Assembly (NCBI GenBank): GCA_029953675.1
Contig: JAMWBK010000007.1
Coordinates: forward strand, 992,001-1,056,000
Direction: 5' to 3'
Origin: Rhodosorus marinus CCMP1338
Taxonomy: Eukaryota > Plantae > Rhodophyta
DNA: 64,000 nt
The translations under genes were made by a program, and so were the position numbers. This document shows, in pieces, positions 47,176 through 59,800 of this stretch. The stretch's first letter is position 1. The number at the start of each line of letters is the position of its first letter. Under the pieces are notes generated by a model, which was not told the DNA's origin, searched no databases, and saw only the letters and a program-made list of their open reading frames with translations.

Positions 47176-50100
47176 TCATTCTCTAGGAAACCGAATAGAC
47201 TGCACTTGAAAAGGTGAAAGCGTAATCTTCACGATCAACCAGTCCGAGACCTCGATAGCCTCCAATTCACCAGTCTTCTCCTCAAGTATGTTACAAAGCA
47301 TTGCCTCCTTAAAACCAAGGCGTGAGGAGACTTTCACACGAACCGTCTCAGTGCCACCTAATGACTCGTACAGGCGAAGCACCAGGTCATATCCAACCTC
47401 AGCCTTTTTAACGCAGTCTAGAAGCACACTGCCTTTGTATTGCTGCTCATTCTCATCCTCCAAGGCGAACATCTCCCCAATGCCGTCCTCTCGCACATAG
47501 TTTCCCGAAATGACTCTCAACTCTGCTGACTGGTTGAACGCCACGGCCGACCTCATGACATCGACACAAGGAAACGATCCCTTGTGCGGAAGTAGGGCAT
47601 ACTTGTACTGGTGATCTCCCATATCGCACAGGTCATCCGGACTCTTGGGCGAGCGCAGCAGCGATAACCTCATCAGCGAGTCTCTTACGGAGTATCCATA
47701 TTTGCAATCGTTCAGAATGGCTAGGCCATAGTTCTTCTCTGAGAGGTCCGCATACCGATGACCACATACCTGAGAACCATCAACCTCGAAGTTGAGCGTA
47801 TGAGAAGAAGCACTACGAAGCTGACAGACCCATTCATACCTCGAACTTGGCAGCATCCCAGGATGTATTGAAGTGCGTAGGCCGCTGTACGTAGCCATAC
47901 TGAGTCTCATATGACGCCGAAGGTGAACGAAGGAAGGTGTCGAACTCGACGCGAAGCATCTTCCGATCAAGATGCCAGCTCACAAAGTTGTCAAAGGTAA
48001 GGAGGTTTGAAAAGCTCTCTAGCGACACTGTTTGTATGATCCGACTGTCAGATCCAAGCACGTACTCAAACTGTAGAGTAGCACGCAGGGGTCCCGTTTC
48101 AAGAACCTGGGTAGACGGAACGAAACACACAATGAGTGACCTCTCGTGGCGGATGAAGTGTTCGTGCCTACTAACCTTGAATGACACAGCACTGTCAACT
48201 GGATAGCACTTTTCAAAGTTGTAGGCTTCAACATCCCATGCGTCCCAGAATAGTGAGATGTCGTCGTAAAGTACGAAGCGGTTGGCGCAGCCCTTAACAA
48301 AGTTGGGGCTATCTGGAACGTTCCCGCTCCCTCTCAAGACGAGGCTATACAGGCGTCCATCAAGTCCCATCTCTACTTTCAAATGGCCGTTGTTGAGGTA
48401 CAATCTGTCACCTCGATGTGCAACTGAGCAGCGATAATCTTCCTGTAGTTCTGACATGGTCCTATGCGAGGTTCCAGAACTCGGTGAGCTTCGTATAACC
48501 TAAAAACGAAAGCTCTTTTTCCAGATGACGTACTTTGGAGAAATAGTGAGCGCAATTGAGCTCGGAACATCCTCGACAACTACAAGGCTCGTCTCCGTGT
48601 CAACCTGTTGAACTAAACTAGATTTCAACAACATCTCCGAATCCACTCCCACGGAAACGTTCACAACCACTGGTGTACTTAGGAAAGCGTTGGGGTTGAA
48701 AAGCACCAGGACTTTTTCTTTTTCCTGGCGAAGAGGACGAGAAGACGGGAGAGCCGTCAAAACCCCATTTCGCATCTTCGACTGGACAGAAAGAAACTTG
48801 ATCTCTCACCTGTTCTCGTTCTTCAACTCGAAGAGCGGAGGAACTTAACCCAGTCAGTCTAAACACTAGATCGCTTGATACGCGCTTAGCATGTTCGAGA
48901 ATCTTCCTATGTCCAGCTTCAGCTTCTTCAACAACGGGCCTTATACATGTACCCGGTAGCGTATCATGAAACTGGTGAAGCATAAGAAGCTTCCAGCAGT
49001 GGCTCAGCAAGTCCGAGAACTCCGTGATCAGATCGCGTTCGGATGCAGAATCCCGAATTGATGCGAAAACTCCGATCACCAAGTCCGCCTTTCTCAGCGA
49101 CAATTCGGCTTTTCGGTTGCCCTTCTTAATCATCGCTTGCGAGGTATAGGTTCCTCTATGAAGCTCAAAGTACAGCTCTCTGAATCGCAACCGTCGTACT
49201 TAGAGGGTCAGCTTCACAGATATCGGTACGCGAGTGACATCTTTGACATCCTTACCCAACCCATCGAGGCAGCTCGCTATATCTACTAGCGGCGTGCTTG
49301 AAGAATCGCTTAGGAGTGTCCGCCACAACGTCGGGAAGACCAGGTACGTTGTTCCGCATGATCCTAAGTGATTCAATCATAGCGGGGTTTGGACCTCCTC
49401 CGCCGTCGCCGTGGCCGAATAGCATCATCGCAGCGTTAAGTACGCCGGCATCTTTGTTGTCTTGAACAGTCTTGATGACTTCATCGACTTTAACTGACGT
49501 GTTGTAGGAGTCGGCAGGGGGAAAGTGACCTATGACCTCCGACCCTATTTCGAAGAAAGCGACAAGCGAGGGGAGCCTCAGTCAATTGCTGAAGTACTCC
49601 CTTTCTCCCTACTGGTGACCGGTGAATTGAGAAGCATCCCTCACCGTCAAGACCCTCCCAACGGAACACGGAGTGCGGAAACTTATTGAACAAGTTCCAG
49701 CTCAACTTTTGTGTTAGGAAGAATTCGATCCCGGCACTTTTCATGATCTGCGGTAGCTGCGAGGAGTACCCAAAAGTATCAGGCAACCAGAACACATTGC
49801 AGGGAGCTCCGAATTCGCTCTCGAAGAACCTCTGGCCGATCAGAAACTGCCTAACGAGAGATTCTCCTGACGGCATGTTGCAGTCCATCTCTATCCATGT
49901 TCCTCCGGTGACCAGGAACTGTCCCTTCTTGTGCCATGCCTTTATCTCCTGGGAACCGACAAAAATTGCCTCTTGGATATCAGCCAACGGCTAGCCGTCT
50001 TCTTCCTCTCCTTCACGCAGCTATGCTTACCTTATAAAGCGACGGGTAATCCTCCTTCACCCATTCCAGCTGTTGAGCCTGGCTACATACGAATTGGTAC

Positions 50101-51248
50101 TCTGGATACTTCTCCATGTTCCGGACCTGCGTTGACCAGCTGCGCGCACATTTTCTCCTAGTTTCTGCATACGGCCATAGCCACGCGGTGTCAATGTGAC
50201 AATTCCCAATCGCGAACACCGTTGGGGTTGCTCCGGTTCGTGCGAATTCGTTTGAGTCGTGTGGACGACTAGTGCCCGATTGAATGAAGTACTTATCCGC
50301 GATCTCTAGTCCCTTCCCGTATGTATCCTTGTCGAGAACATCGACCGCGTTGATCACGCGGTTGGCACAGTGAAGAGCCGTCTGCTTCCGTGTGTTTCCG
50401 ACTGGCAAGCTTGTTGCACAGCCTTCCAGGAACTGTGAGTAGAATGTTCACACTGAGCTCTCTTTTTTTTGGCGGGCACGGCAGTCGTTTTCTGGATTTA
50501 CTGGTGAAGGGATTTGTACCGTTACACACTGGAGAAGTTGCCACGCCTCAGCATCAAAGGTGGAAATCCCGCATTCGCTGAGCGTATAGGAGCAAGTCGG
50601 ATCGGGAGGTTCTATATGTCCGCCTCGGCCAGCGCCAAAAAGACCGTTGCAAGCCATTTCGACGTAGAGAACAACCTCCGCGCCTCCGTTTGGAACCTCA
50701 TGGAAAAGCGGGTAGTAGTCTCTGCGAACTACTCCTCCTCCACCAGTAAGCCCTTGCCTCGGCTGTCCCTGATCCAACCAGACCATGGCTTCAGAGTTCG
50801 AGTCCCACATGAGATGAACTTCTTTACCGCTGTACTCTGGACTGATGCGAATCTTCAGTTTGAACCAGAAAGTAGACCAAGTAGGTCCAAAGCTTTCTCC
50901 AACTTCAGTTCTCTCAAAATGCAGGTCCTTCACCTCGGCAAACGGAATCCGCTCCTGTCGGTCGGAGACTTCCAAGTCGATACACGTCCGGTCAGGAGCG
51001 CTCCAGACTTGGCCTGAGGGAAAACTCACAACAACAAAAGAAAAACAACGCTCAGTTATCCCAGAGGGCTAAGTGATAAAAGAATAAAAAAAAACGAGCG
51101 CTCGGCCTGACCAAGGCGTTCTCTCACCTAGCAGGGTATGCTGCTTCCTGCCAATCGGCTGGTTCCCACCGACGGCAAAGTCCTTCCACCCCGTGAAAAC
51201 GCCGATCCTCTCCCTCGCAATCCTCTCATTCTTATATTCAACCGCCAT
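47176..51248 (-). CDS. MAN2C1: Cytosolic/vacuolar alpha-mannosidase, GH38 (MAN2C1/AMS1-like)
   Basis: Motifs: [139 protein letters not shown]. About 10 exons, all reconcilable with GT-AG introns. Confidence 0.97.
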
Positions 51249-52439
51249 AAGCCTTTTCCTAAAAATTCTCCAGTGGCCATCACTCACTAGCCTCTCTCCA
51301 GTCTACAGCCTCTTCCCCCCAGCCACAGAAAGCGATTGGCATCGATGGAGATGATCTCCAACCCATCAATATTGACACGTCCCAGGTGTCCCACAAGGGT
51401 ACTGCCTCAATTGTTCCCGAATTCAAGGTTTACTTCCTCCTAATTAATCCCTAATTACGTAGTTTATCCCAAAACTAACCTTCCTTTTCTAACTCTGGTT
51501 CTTCTTCCTTACTTGTTTTCTTCTCTACCTTCAAGCTAACCTTGAAAATGATCGTGGATTCCATCGCATTTATACTGTTACTTCATCGGGATGTTCAATA
51601 CAGCCGAGGCTAAAATAAGGGTGGATCCTCCATAGATTCTGGCACAGCCCGAGCATAATTTAGCTCAGCCATACTGCGGGAAGGTTGAACTTGCTTGGAG
51701 GGCTGAGACGCACAAATATCTCAGCAACTAGGACAGCTTGTCCTCTAATTCCTTTTCCTCCAATGAAAAGATTGGAATAATAAGCCAGGCTGTCTTTAAT
51801 ATCTGTTGGCCAATCGCTCCTTGTGTCTGAGACAGACTGTACCTACAAACGGGACTTTATTGTACTTTTTAGTACGTTGTTAGTACATCACAAACCGACT
51901 CATTCGACCGGGGTCAGTTTGGTATCTCTATAGAGGTACTCTAGTGGACTTTGTGTTCCGCCAATGGATTTTTCTGGGGTAAGACGTAGATAATCATCCA
52001 TAGACAGCATGCACGTCTCCGATATCGCTCTAACGAAAAAGCCTTCATGAATTTAGGGACTCACTGCGAAGTTTGTTTTCCCGTGTTGGCTGTTGGCCCA
52101 AGGAGAGTCGAGTTATGTGAGTCAATCTCTGAGTTGGGAGCACGCAAGGGTACGAACAGCACACGGGGGCGCCTGCGACAGCTCGTTTGGCGTTATCCAC
52201 GAGGTGGAGAGGTCGGGAAGGGCAGCGGACAGGTGCGCTGTGAGGATCACGGCAAAGAAGCGGGATACCGACTGGGAACGCGTCATATTCGATATCTTGA
52301 TGATCATGAAATCGGCGGTTCAGACAGCAATGGGCAGCGCACGAAGGGCATTTCGTACATGCACCGCTGCCTTAACCATCGCGTCGATAATCAATCCGAG
52401 CGCTCCAGCAGTTTGTAAAAAATGCACTGGGTTTATTGT

Positions 52440-53709
52440 CTATGATGCAGATACCTCCATCTTTTCGCTTTCTACAACAACGGATATGTCCGTGCGCGGC
52501 TTGTCGATCTTTGAAGTGAGGACCTCCTGCTCATCATAAAAGGAAGAACATGAAAAGGGAAAGCAAAATCTTCAGTACTTGGGAGCACATGATGTAAAGC
52601 CGTTTTCCAGCAACCCTCACCGTCTTCGGGAAGGTGTATGGCGTGGACTTTCTCCACGGTCGCATATTCTCCTTCGCATAGCCCTTCAGCATCTCAGTCT
52701 TATCCTTCGTTATCACGCACAAGTTGACGTTACCTCCAGAGCCCATGTCGTTGTAAATACCGGCTGAAATCGCTTCGTATACAATCTGCTTCCCTTCTTC
52801 TAGAGTCATGTCGTCCTTGTACTTGCTCTCGAACACCGCCATGGCCGCTAGTGATCCTGATCCCATGGTCACGAACCTGATCACCAATAAGGTCTGGTTC
52901 AATATCTGTATAGCAAAACTTGTTCGCGAAGCTCGGGGAAGGCATGAGAGATTCTTACGGAAGAGCATCGGTAGATCCGTGAGGGTACACCGTATACAGG
53001 TGCGGTCCATGAAGATCTACTCCTCCGAGCACCAGGGCCGCTGATACGTGTCCTTGATATTGGAAAAGATGCCTTTTCAGCATTGTCAAGCAAGTCGTAA
53101 CTCTGCTTTGTCGTCCCTGAGAGGTGCAGTCCATGGCAACGTGATCAAGTTAGATTTTAAGGAACCGTCTCTTCGTTTTGAGTTCAAAATCGTCCATCTT
53201 ACGGTGTCAAGTCGATGGAGCTCTAGCTTGGATGCAATCATCGCCGTGGTATGCTCAGTATCAGCGGCAGTTCCAGCGCCACAGCAATATATGTTTGGTG
53301 CAATGTAGTGGATCTTTTCGCAATATTTTTCAAACACCGTAGTCTCTGAAGTTGCCCTGTTCATCCCAATTGTCACCCTTTGAGCCAACACCAATTCGAA
53401 ATAGCATTGCAGAACAACAAGAAATCCATCGGAAAAAAGCAAACCAAACCTACCTTGTATCAGCTCCAAGCACAACACCATCTTTATACACCACACCAAC
53501 AATCGTAGTTCCAGTTTTTGCAGCCTTGGGCATCTTCATCCCCCTGAACGAAAACCCGAAAAGTAACAAAAAACTTATCCCATCAGATCCCAACACTGTG
53601 GTCCGCAGACACAACCAAAACAAAGACACACGTACTTCTCCTCCAAAACATGATTCCTTGCGACGTTATCAAAAGAAAATCCGCCACTCCTTTCACTCAT
53701 CGACTCCAT
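52440..53709 (-). CDS. PSMB7: 20S proteasome subunit beta-2 (PSMB7/PUP1)
   Basis: Propeptide GGFSFDN, then [74 protein letters not shown] and DMGSGGNV. Six exons. Confidence 0.97.
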
Positions 53710-54961
53710 CTTGTTCCCCTCTCTCTCCCACACACCCCCACCTCCCCCCGCCAAAATTCGTCCTTCCGATTGATCCTTTGGTCCTTATGTCCTTCAAAAA
53801 CAGAAAATCCTCTCTAGTACCTCTCTAATCCCTTCTTAACAAACTTCAGATCCGTAAAATGAATTCCAATCCCAACCTGAACGCTTCCTCTTCCATGCAC
53901 TTCCCTCCCAACGCCAATTCCATCTTCTACCTGCCGATCTTAACATCAACAGCACCTTCCCTTCTACCTATAAAAACGCTAAATTAGAGTATATACATTC
54001 TATATATTCATTTTTCACTTACACTAATTATCGTTTATATATATGAATTATCGTAATATACTTTATAATTATTGGTTTTTTGGATCCGAAACGATTTCCG
54101 ATTTTGGCTTGAGGGATGGAAGGGTAGGTCGCTTTGTGATGCATTGGAGGTCTTTGGGTGATGATTTGAGACTTGTATTAGAGGGATTTCTACAACATGT
54201 ATCCAACTCTGGTCCCCCCCCAGGCCCACACCCGCGGTTTGGTGAGGTTAATCCCGATCGGAGCGGAGGCTACATCGGGAATTGTTCGCTTTTCAGGGTA
54301 AGTTGTCAGGTTTTCGAAGACCGTGTTAATCGTGAAAGACCTTCAAGTAGGGTAACGAGTTCTTTTTTTCCCCAGTTGACCAGGAGAAAGCCAATTCCCA
54401 GCTGAGAAAGCGAACTTAGCGCCGGCCGGCGGCACAGGTGCATCCAAGTCTGAGGATCCACACCGTTGATGAAGTCGGAGACTAAAGATCAGAACTCTTC
54501 AGATATCATATGAAGCAGTCCCCGAAGAAGTGAAGCCATCCCCTCGAACATAAAGTGGCCAAGCAGTGGCGTGCTACAGTTATGGATGTGATGACTCACA
54601 GCTTGCTTCTCATTTCGACTTGTCACTCGCCACAACTTTGCCTGCAAGAGTAGCTTTCTTTGGATGCAATGGAACTCATCAGTCGTTCGAAAAATGCGAA
54701 CAAGTTTAGCTACTGAGCCTGGCAACTTTGCATCCGTCGAAAAAGGTTCTTGCCAAGGAGAGGCGTCCATATTAGTACCTCTGCCATAGCTTTGTTTACT
54801 CCATCTCCTACTCTTCGTTTAGTGTTCAATAATTCTACATCCAGTTGCAACTCAAGACATCAGACCAGGTCATTCTCGGTGCTCTACTCCTCCAGCGTGT
54901 ATACGGAGCAAACGGAGTCATTCGCTGGGGCAGTGAAGACATTGTCTGCCCCTTTCATGTT

Positions 54962-56370
54962 CTAGCTTTGGTTGTTAACCTCCTTCAGTCGAATTGTGAC
55001 GGCGTTCTTATGCGCGTGAAGCTGCTCCACAGATGCCATGGTCTCAACATGCGGACCGACATTCCGTATGCCAGTGGGAGTCAGCTTCTGAATCGTTATG
55101 TACTTGACAAAAGTATCCAGGCTCACGCCGCCATACATTCTCGCATATCCGTACGTCGGCAGCGAATGGTTCGTTCCGGAAGCGTAGTCCCCCACAGATT
55201 CTGGTGTGTAGTGACCCAGAAAGACGGACCCCGCATTGACAATCTTATCAACGTAGGCCTCTGGCTCGTCCACTGGGATCACGAGATGTTCCGGGGCGTA
55301 GAGATTGGTGAAACGAATTGCCTCATCAATACTATCCACTCTCAAGAAGAGGCTCTTTGAGAGGGCCTCCTTCACAATCTCCTTCCTCGGCAGGGCGCTA
55401 ACCTGAGCCTCCAGTTCCTCTGCGAATACTTTCTCATCAAAGCCCTTGAGAGCGACGCATACGACCTGAGAGTCCACCCCATGCTCCGCCTGAGATAGCA
55501 GATCCGACACAACAAAAGCAGGTTTGGATGAAGCATCCGCTATACACAACTGCTCAGATGGACCCGCGGGCATGTCGATTGCAAGGGAAGCCTCTCCAGA
55601 GTTCTGCAAGATCATCTTCGCCCCTGTGACGAACTGATTTCCCGGCCCACAGATCTTGTCCACCTTGGGACAGGTTTCGGTTCCAAACGCCATGGCCGTG
55701 ATAGCCTGAGCACCACCGGCCTTGAGGATCTTCGTCACACCGCACTTGAGAGCGGCGTAGAGAACCTCCGGACATACGCTTCCGTCAGCTCGTGGAGGCG
55801 TCGCAAGTACGACCTCGGTACACCCAGCGAGCTGAGCTGGGACACCGAGCATGAGCGCCGTAGACGGAAGCACCGCAGTTCCACCAGGTACGTAAATCCC
55901 AACGCGCTCGATTGGTCTGGGAACTCTTCTGCATTCAATCCCCTCCATCGTCGATACAGAAAGAGTCTCGCGAACCTGAAAACGCGAGAGGTTTTGTGAG
56001 GAAACCAGGCCTCGCACCTTTCTCTGACGTCACGATTTGGCTCGTAGCTTACCTGGGCGCTGTGGAACTTGTGAATGTTGTCGTAGGCGACGTCAAATGC
56101 CTTCCGGACTGAGTCCTCAAGCAATGGTTCTTCAAGTTCCCTGGGGTTAACAACCACCTCATCCAGCTCCACTTTGTCGAACTTAAGAGTCAGCTCCCGG
56201 ACAGCGTCATCACCTCTCGACTGCACTTCCGATATGATCGGCTTCACCAAATCCATCGTCTTGGAGAAGTCAATCTTCGGCCTCAGAGTAAGGTTCATAA
56301 GCATCTCCTCGCTCAGGTTTTTTAGCTCGAAAGCCATCACTATACCCGCAATCCTTTCGCCACCGGCCAT
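54962..56370 (-). CDS. hisD: Histidinol dehydrogenase (monofunctional)
   Basis: Motifs: [70 protein letters not shown]. One intron at 56052-55976. Confidence 0.97.
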
Positions 56371-56583
56371 CTTTGTCCAACAACCCTATTGCCAGCTTGG
56401 CGCTCTGAAGTAAAAAATCAATTGTCTCAGCTGCAAAGCGAACACCTTCAGAAAACCAAGCCTCAGAACATTCAAGACTCACACATACGAGAGGGGAAGA
56501 GCTAGCCAGAAGCGCCACCTCTTGTCAAGTTCAGATTACGACCTCCGCTACCAAATGCCTTTTTCACCGTCGGAAAAATGGCC

Positions 56584-56815
56584 GGTGACCTCGTCAATGT
56601 AAGGGGGGTGGGGAGGTGGGTGGAACATTTTGGATGGTAGGATTGACAGACAGCGCCGCCAGACACTTTGGAAGAACCTTTGCGATTAGGAACAGGTCGT
56701 AACCTCCCCCTCGAAGGGAATACTGCTCCGCGGTCGGAAACATGGCAGGTGACATCGTCAATGGATTAGGGTTGTGAGGATGTGGATGGAACACCTTCAA
56801 TGGTAGGATTCACAG
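56584..56815. repeat. Pair of degenerate direct repeats upstream of hisD
   Basis: GGTGAC(C/A)TCGTCAATG occurs at 56584 and 56748, and ATGGTAGGATT at 56634 and 56800 (spacings 164 and 166). Confidence 0.75.
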
Positions 56816-59800
56816 CGGAACCATGGCGTTTCTGTGCTTTACAAGAAGCTCTGTGAATCGGAACAGAGTGTAGGAGTTGCTCGCGGATTTCCAGGCGCTC
56901 TCGGGGGGCGTTTTGGTGTGAGACCGGCTGAGAAACTTCGGTTTGTGTCCTGTGGTGATTTCCTGACTTCGCAAACCCCGAAATGCTTTCAAACTTTTTT
57001 TGCGGGGAGGATTTCCCAGGGTGCGCGTATTTACTGGCAGCCTAGACAAGCTCCCGAAGAAAGAGCCCACTTGGTCAGCTTTCAAGCCGCCGTGAGCCAA
57101 CTCCGTGGGGGAAATCAGCAAGATCAATACATCGACTCTTGGTCGTGCTGAGCGTATGTTATACTCTATCGTCAAGAGTCTTGTCGGATCAGGTCAAGAG
57201 CGATCCCAGAGAACCCATAGCCACCCAAATTCCTCCAGGAAACATTTCGCTAAGTAGGCCGATAGAGGTACTTGTACAAACTGCTTCAGGGTAGGTGACA
57301 GTTACTGAGCATCATTTACCGAAATGGAGCCAGGGTGTGAATCAGCTCAAACTTCAGGGTTGGTGACAGTTACACTCACTCTGTCGGAGATGGACAGACT
57401 GCCCATTCAATTTTGTTTTGCTTCAGGATTGGTGACGATTAACCACGCACGAGTGCTAGGACAGTCTGTCCTGGAGTTTCCAGCCTTATGGAGTGCTTCC
57501 GCAGGCATATGACGGAAGCCCTGTCATTACCTACAGCTGGATCAGACAGCTCCCTTTCCAACTTGAAATGTCGAGGAGCAGGTTTAACCTGCGCAAATCC
57601 GATTTTAGGCGACGTACCATAACAAGGGGCTGCTTGGTTCAATCGGAGGCGAGGGTCCCCAAATGAAGTACTCTAACGAAGTACGAAGGACGCAGAGAGC
57701 GCGCAAGGCTTCCACCCTGGACCATCCGATGCCTGAATTTAGCTGCCTCGCATTAATTGTCTTCTTCGAATGGAGAGCGATGTGCGGCTGCACGCATCAT
57801 GCACCGCCGCAAGGGGTACCAGGAGACCCTTCCGAACGCCATCACCTTGCAATCGGGTGCGTCAAACCGTTTCGTTCCGCTTGCTATGTAGGTATTTGGA
57901 TTCATTGAGAGCTCAGGGGCGACATGTCTGTTGGACGCTTTCGCGATGGTGATGAGACACGCTCGCGATACGCTGTGGTGTCTAATCCTTAGTCTTCCGG
58001 CTCTCATGGTTTTGCCTAGCCTTCCTCCAGAGACTTCCCCCTCTCAAGGTTGTGGTCTCTGAGTAAACGATTGGACAAGGTGAACAAGTTTGGCTCCCGC
58101 GCGATCTTGTCCGCTAACTTCTTGTGATCCGATCCTACCGTTCCGAGCAAACCACGGGGTACTTCTGCAAGAACGGACCCATGACGATGTTGAAGATTCT
58201 TGCATACTTGGAGTAGGTACATAGCACGAGTTGATGCGCTGTTTTCGTAAGCATGTCCAGGGGGCAGTACATCTGCTCACGACCAGTACGTGCGAAATGC
58301 GCCCACTGACTAGACGTGATAAAAAGCCGGGCTATGAACAAACGAACATTGTCATTAGAAGAAGACACATGTGTTGTGAAGCGCCAGCCATGAGCTAGTA
58401 GTTTGGTGGCCAACTGTGGGTGAGTTTTTGGACGAGTCAGTGCGGCTCAAAGCTGATCATGTTGGATGGGTATGTGAGTAACCGCGCCCGTTCATAGAAC
58501 GTAGTTGTACGCAAGTCGGCCTGACTCTAGCTTTCGGGTGCCACGGTACACACGAACTTTCCCTACGGGTTTTCAAACCACTCAACGAAACAAGGCCATC
58601 TGCAAGCTGAAACCGAAACTATTAGAAAAGCTGAGAGTTCACATATTTTGTTGCAGGTTGTTTCCGGAGAGGGAGGACCGATAGAATAATATCGGTTTTC
58701 ATCGCCCTATTTGGTCCAAGTGTTTTTGTTTGTAGACGTTTACGTTGTCGGACAGAAACGAATATCCAGGGGCCCATACGTACGGGCCTGGGCAGGCACT
58801 TTCCCGTTGTATAGATTCCGTTGAAGGTGAGGAGTAGTTGTCCTTGCATACAGAACTAGTTATTCGCACCTGCATTCAACCAAAAAAGCATTTGAGATGG
58901 ACTTGCGCACCTCGTCGCCGGCAATTTCAGGGAGCCGTGTTGTTGAGACTTGTTGAGGCAACCGATCGGCGGTGTGATAACCCGCGGAGTAAGACTAGGT
59001 AGTCCCCAAGGATGTGGCCCGCCGTCCAAGCAATGCCAGTCAATGTAGGTCGACTCGTGCCCGCTATCTCTGCCTGGAGAAATTCACCTTGCGATACTGT
59101 TTGCAAATCTCTCCAACGGCATAAGGCCGGTAAGAAGATCTGCTACCAGAGTGGGCGTGCGAGCAAAAACGAGAATATACCGCGTGCCAGTTCGTCGCCT
59201 ACTGGAAAGCGCTGATAGGTTAATCGACTTCAGTAAAAGTTGTAAAGTGGCCAACAGGGTCGATCCTCTAAACACCGTACACCACCCCCCCCCCAAAAAA
59301 AAAAAAAAAGGAAGAGGAGCAGAGGCATCACGAACTCGTGAAGTCCACCGGCTCGCGCCGGCCAAATGCCACACACACAAGCGCCACAGCCCACGAAAAC
59401 ACGTCATACAAACGAATGGCGAAAGAAAAAAAAACAGTAAGGGAAAGAGGAAAAAAAAAAAAACAAGAGAGAAGAGACCACAAACCACCACTTCTGATAC
59501 CTTTATTAGTTAGAAGGGAGGAAGGAAACGAAGATGATATGGTCAGGGTGCGTTGGTGTGCGCGCGCGTGAGTGGTAGGGGGCTAAAGTTTGCTGCATTT
59601 AATTTTGGTCTCTAATGGAAGTTCATGAGAGATCTGGGTACACACCGCTAGATTACACAGCAATGGACATCTACCTTTTCTTTTTGCGGGAAAAGCTAAA
59701 TTATTTTAGGGATAAATTAGCGGGGTTTTCGTATGGCCAATTAGCACACGATAATGTATCGAAATACATTTAATTTTCACAAGTAGGGATAGTTTTTACA

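Noticed and set aside
35938-51248. Genome-wide UGA reassignment (alternative genetic code)
   Set aside because: TGA is the real terminator of TVP23, COPB2, the NDT carrier, GATA, TMEM258, the mannosidase and ZNFX1 itself. Only one internal TGA survives scrutiny.
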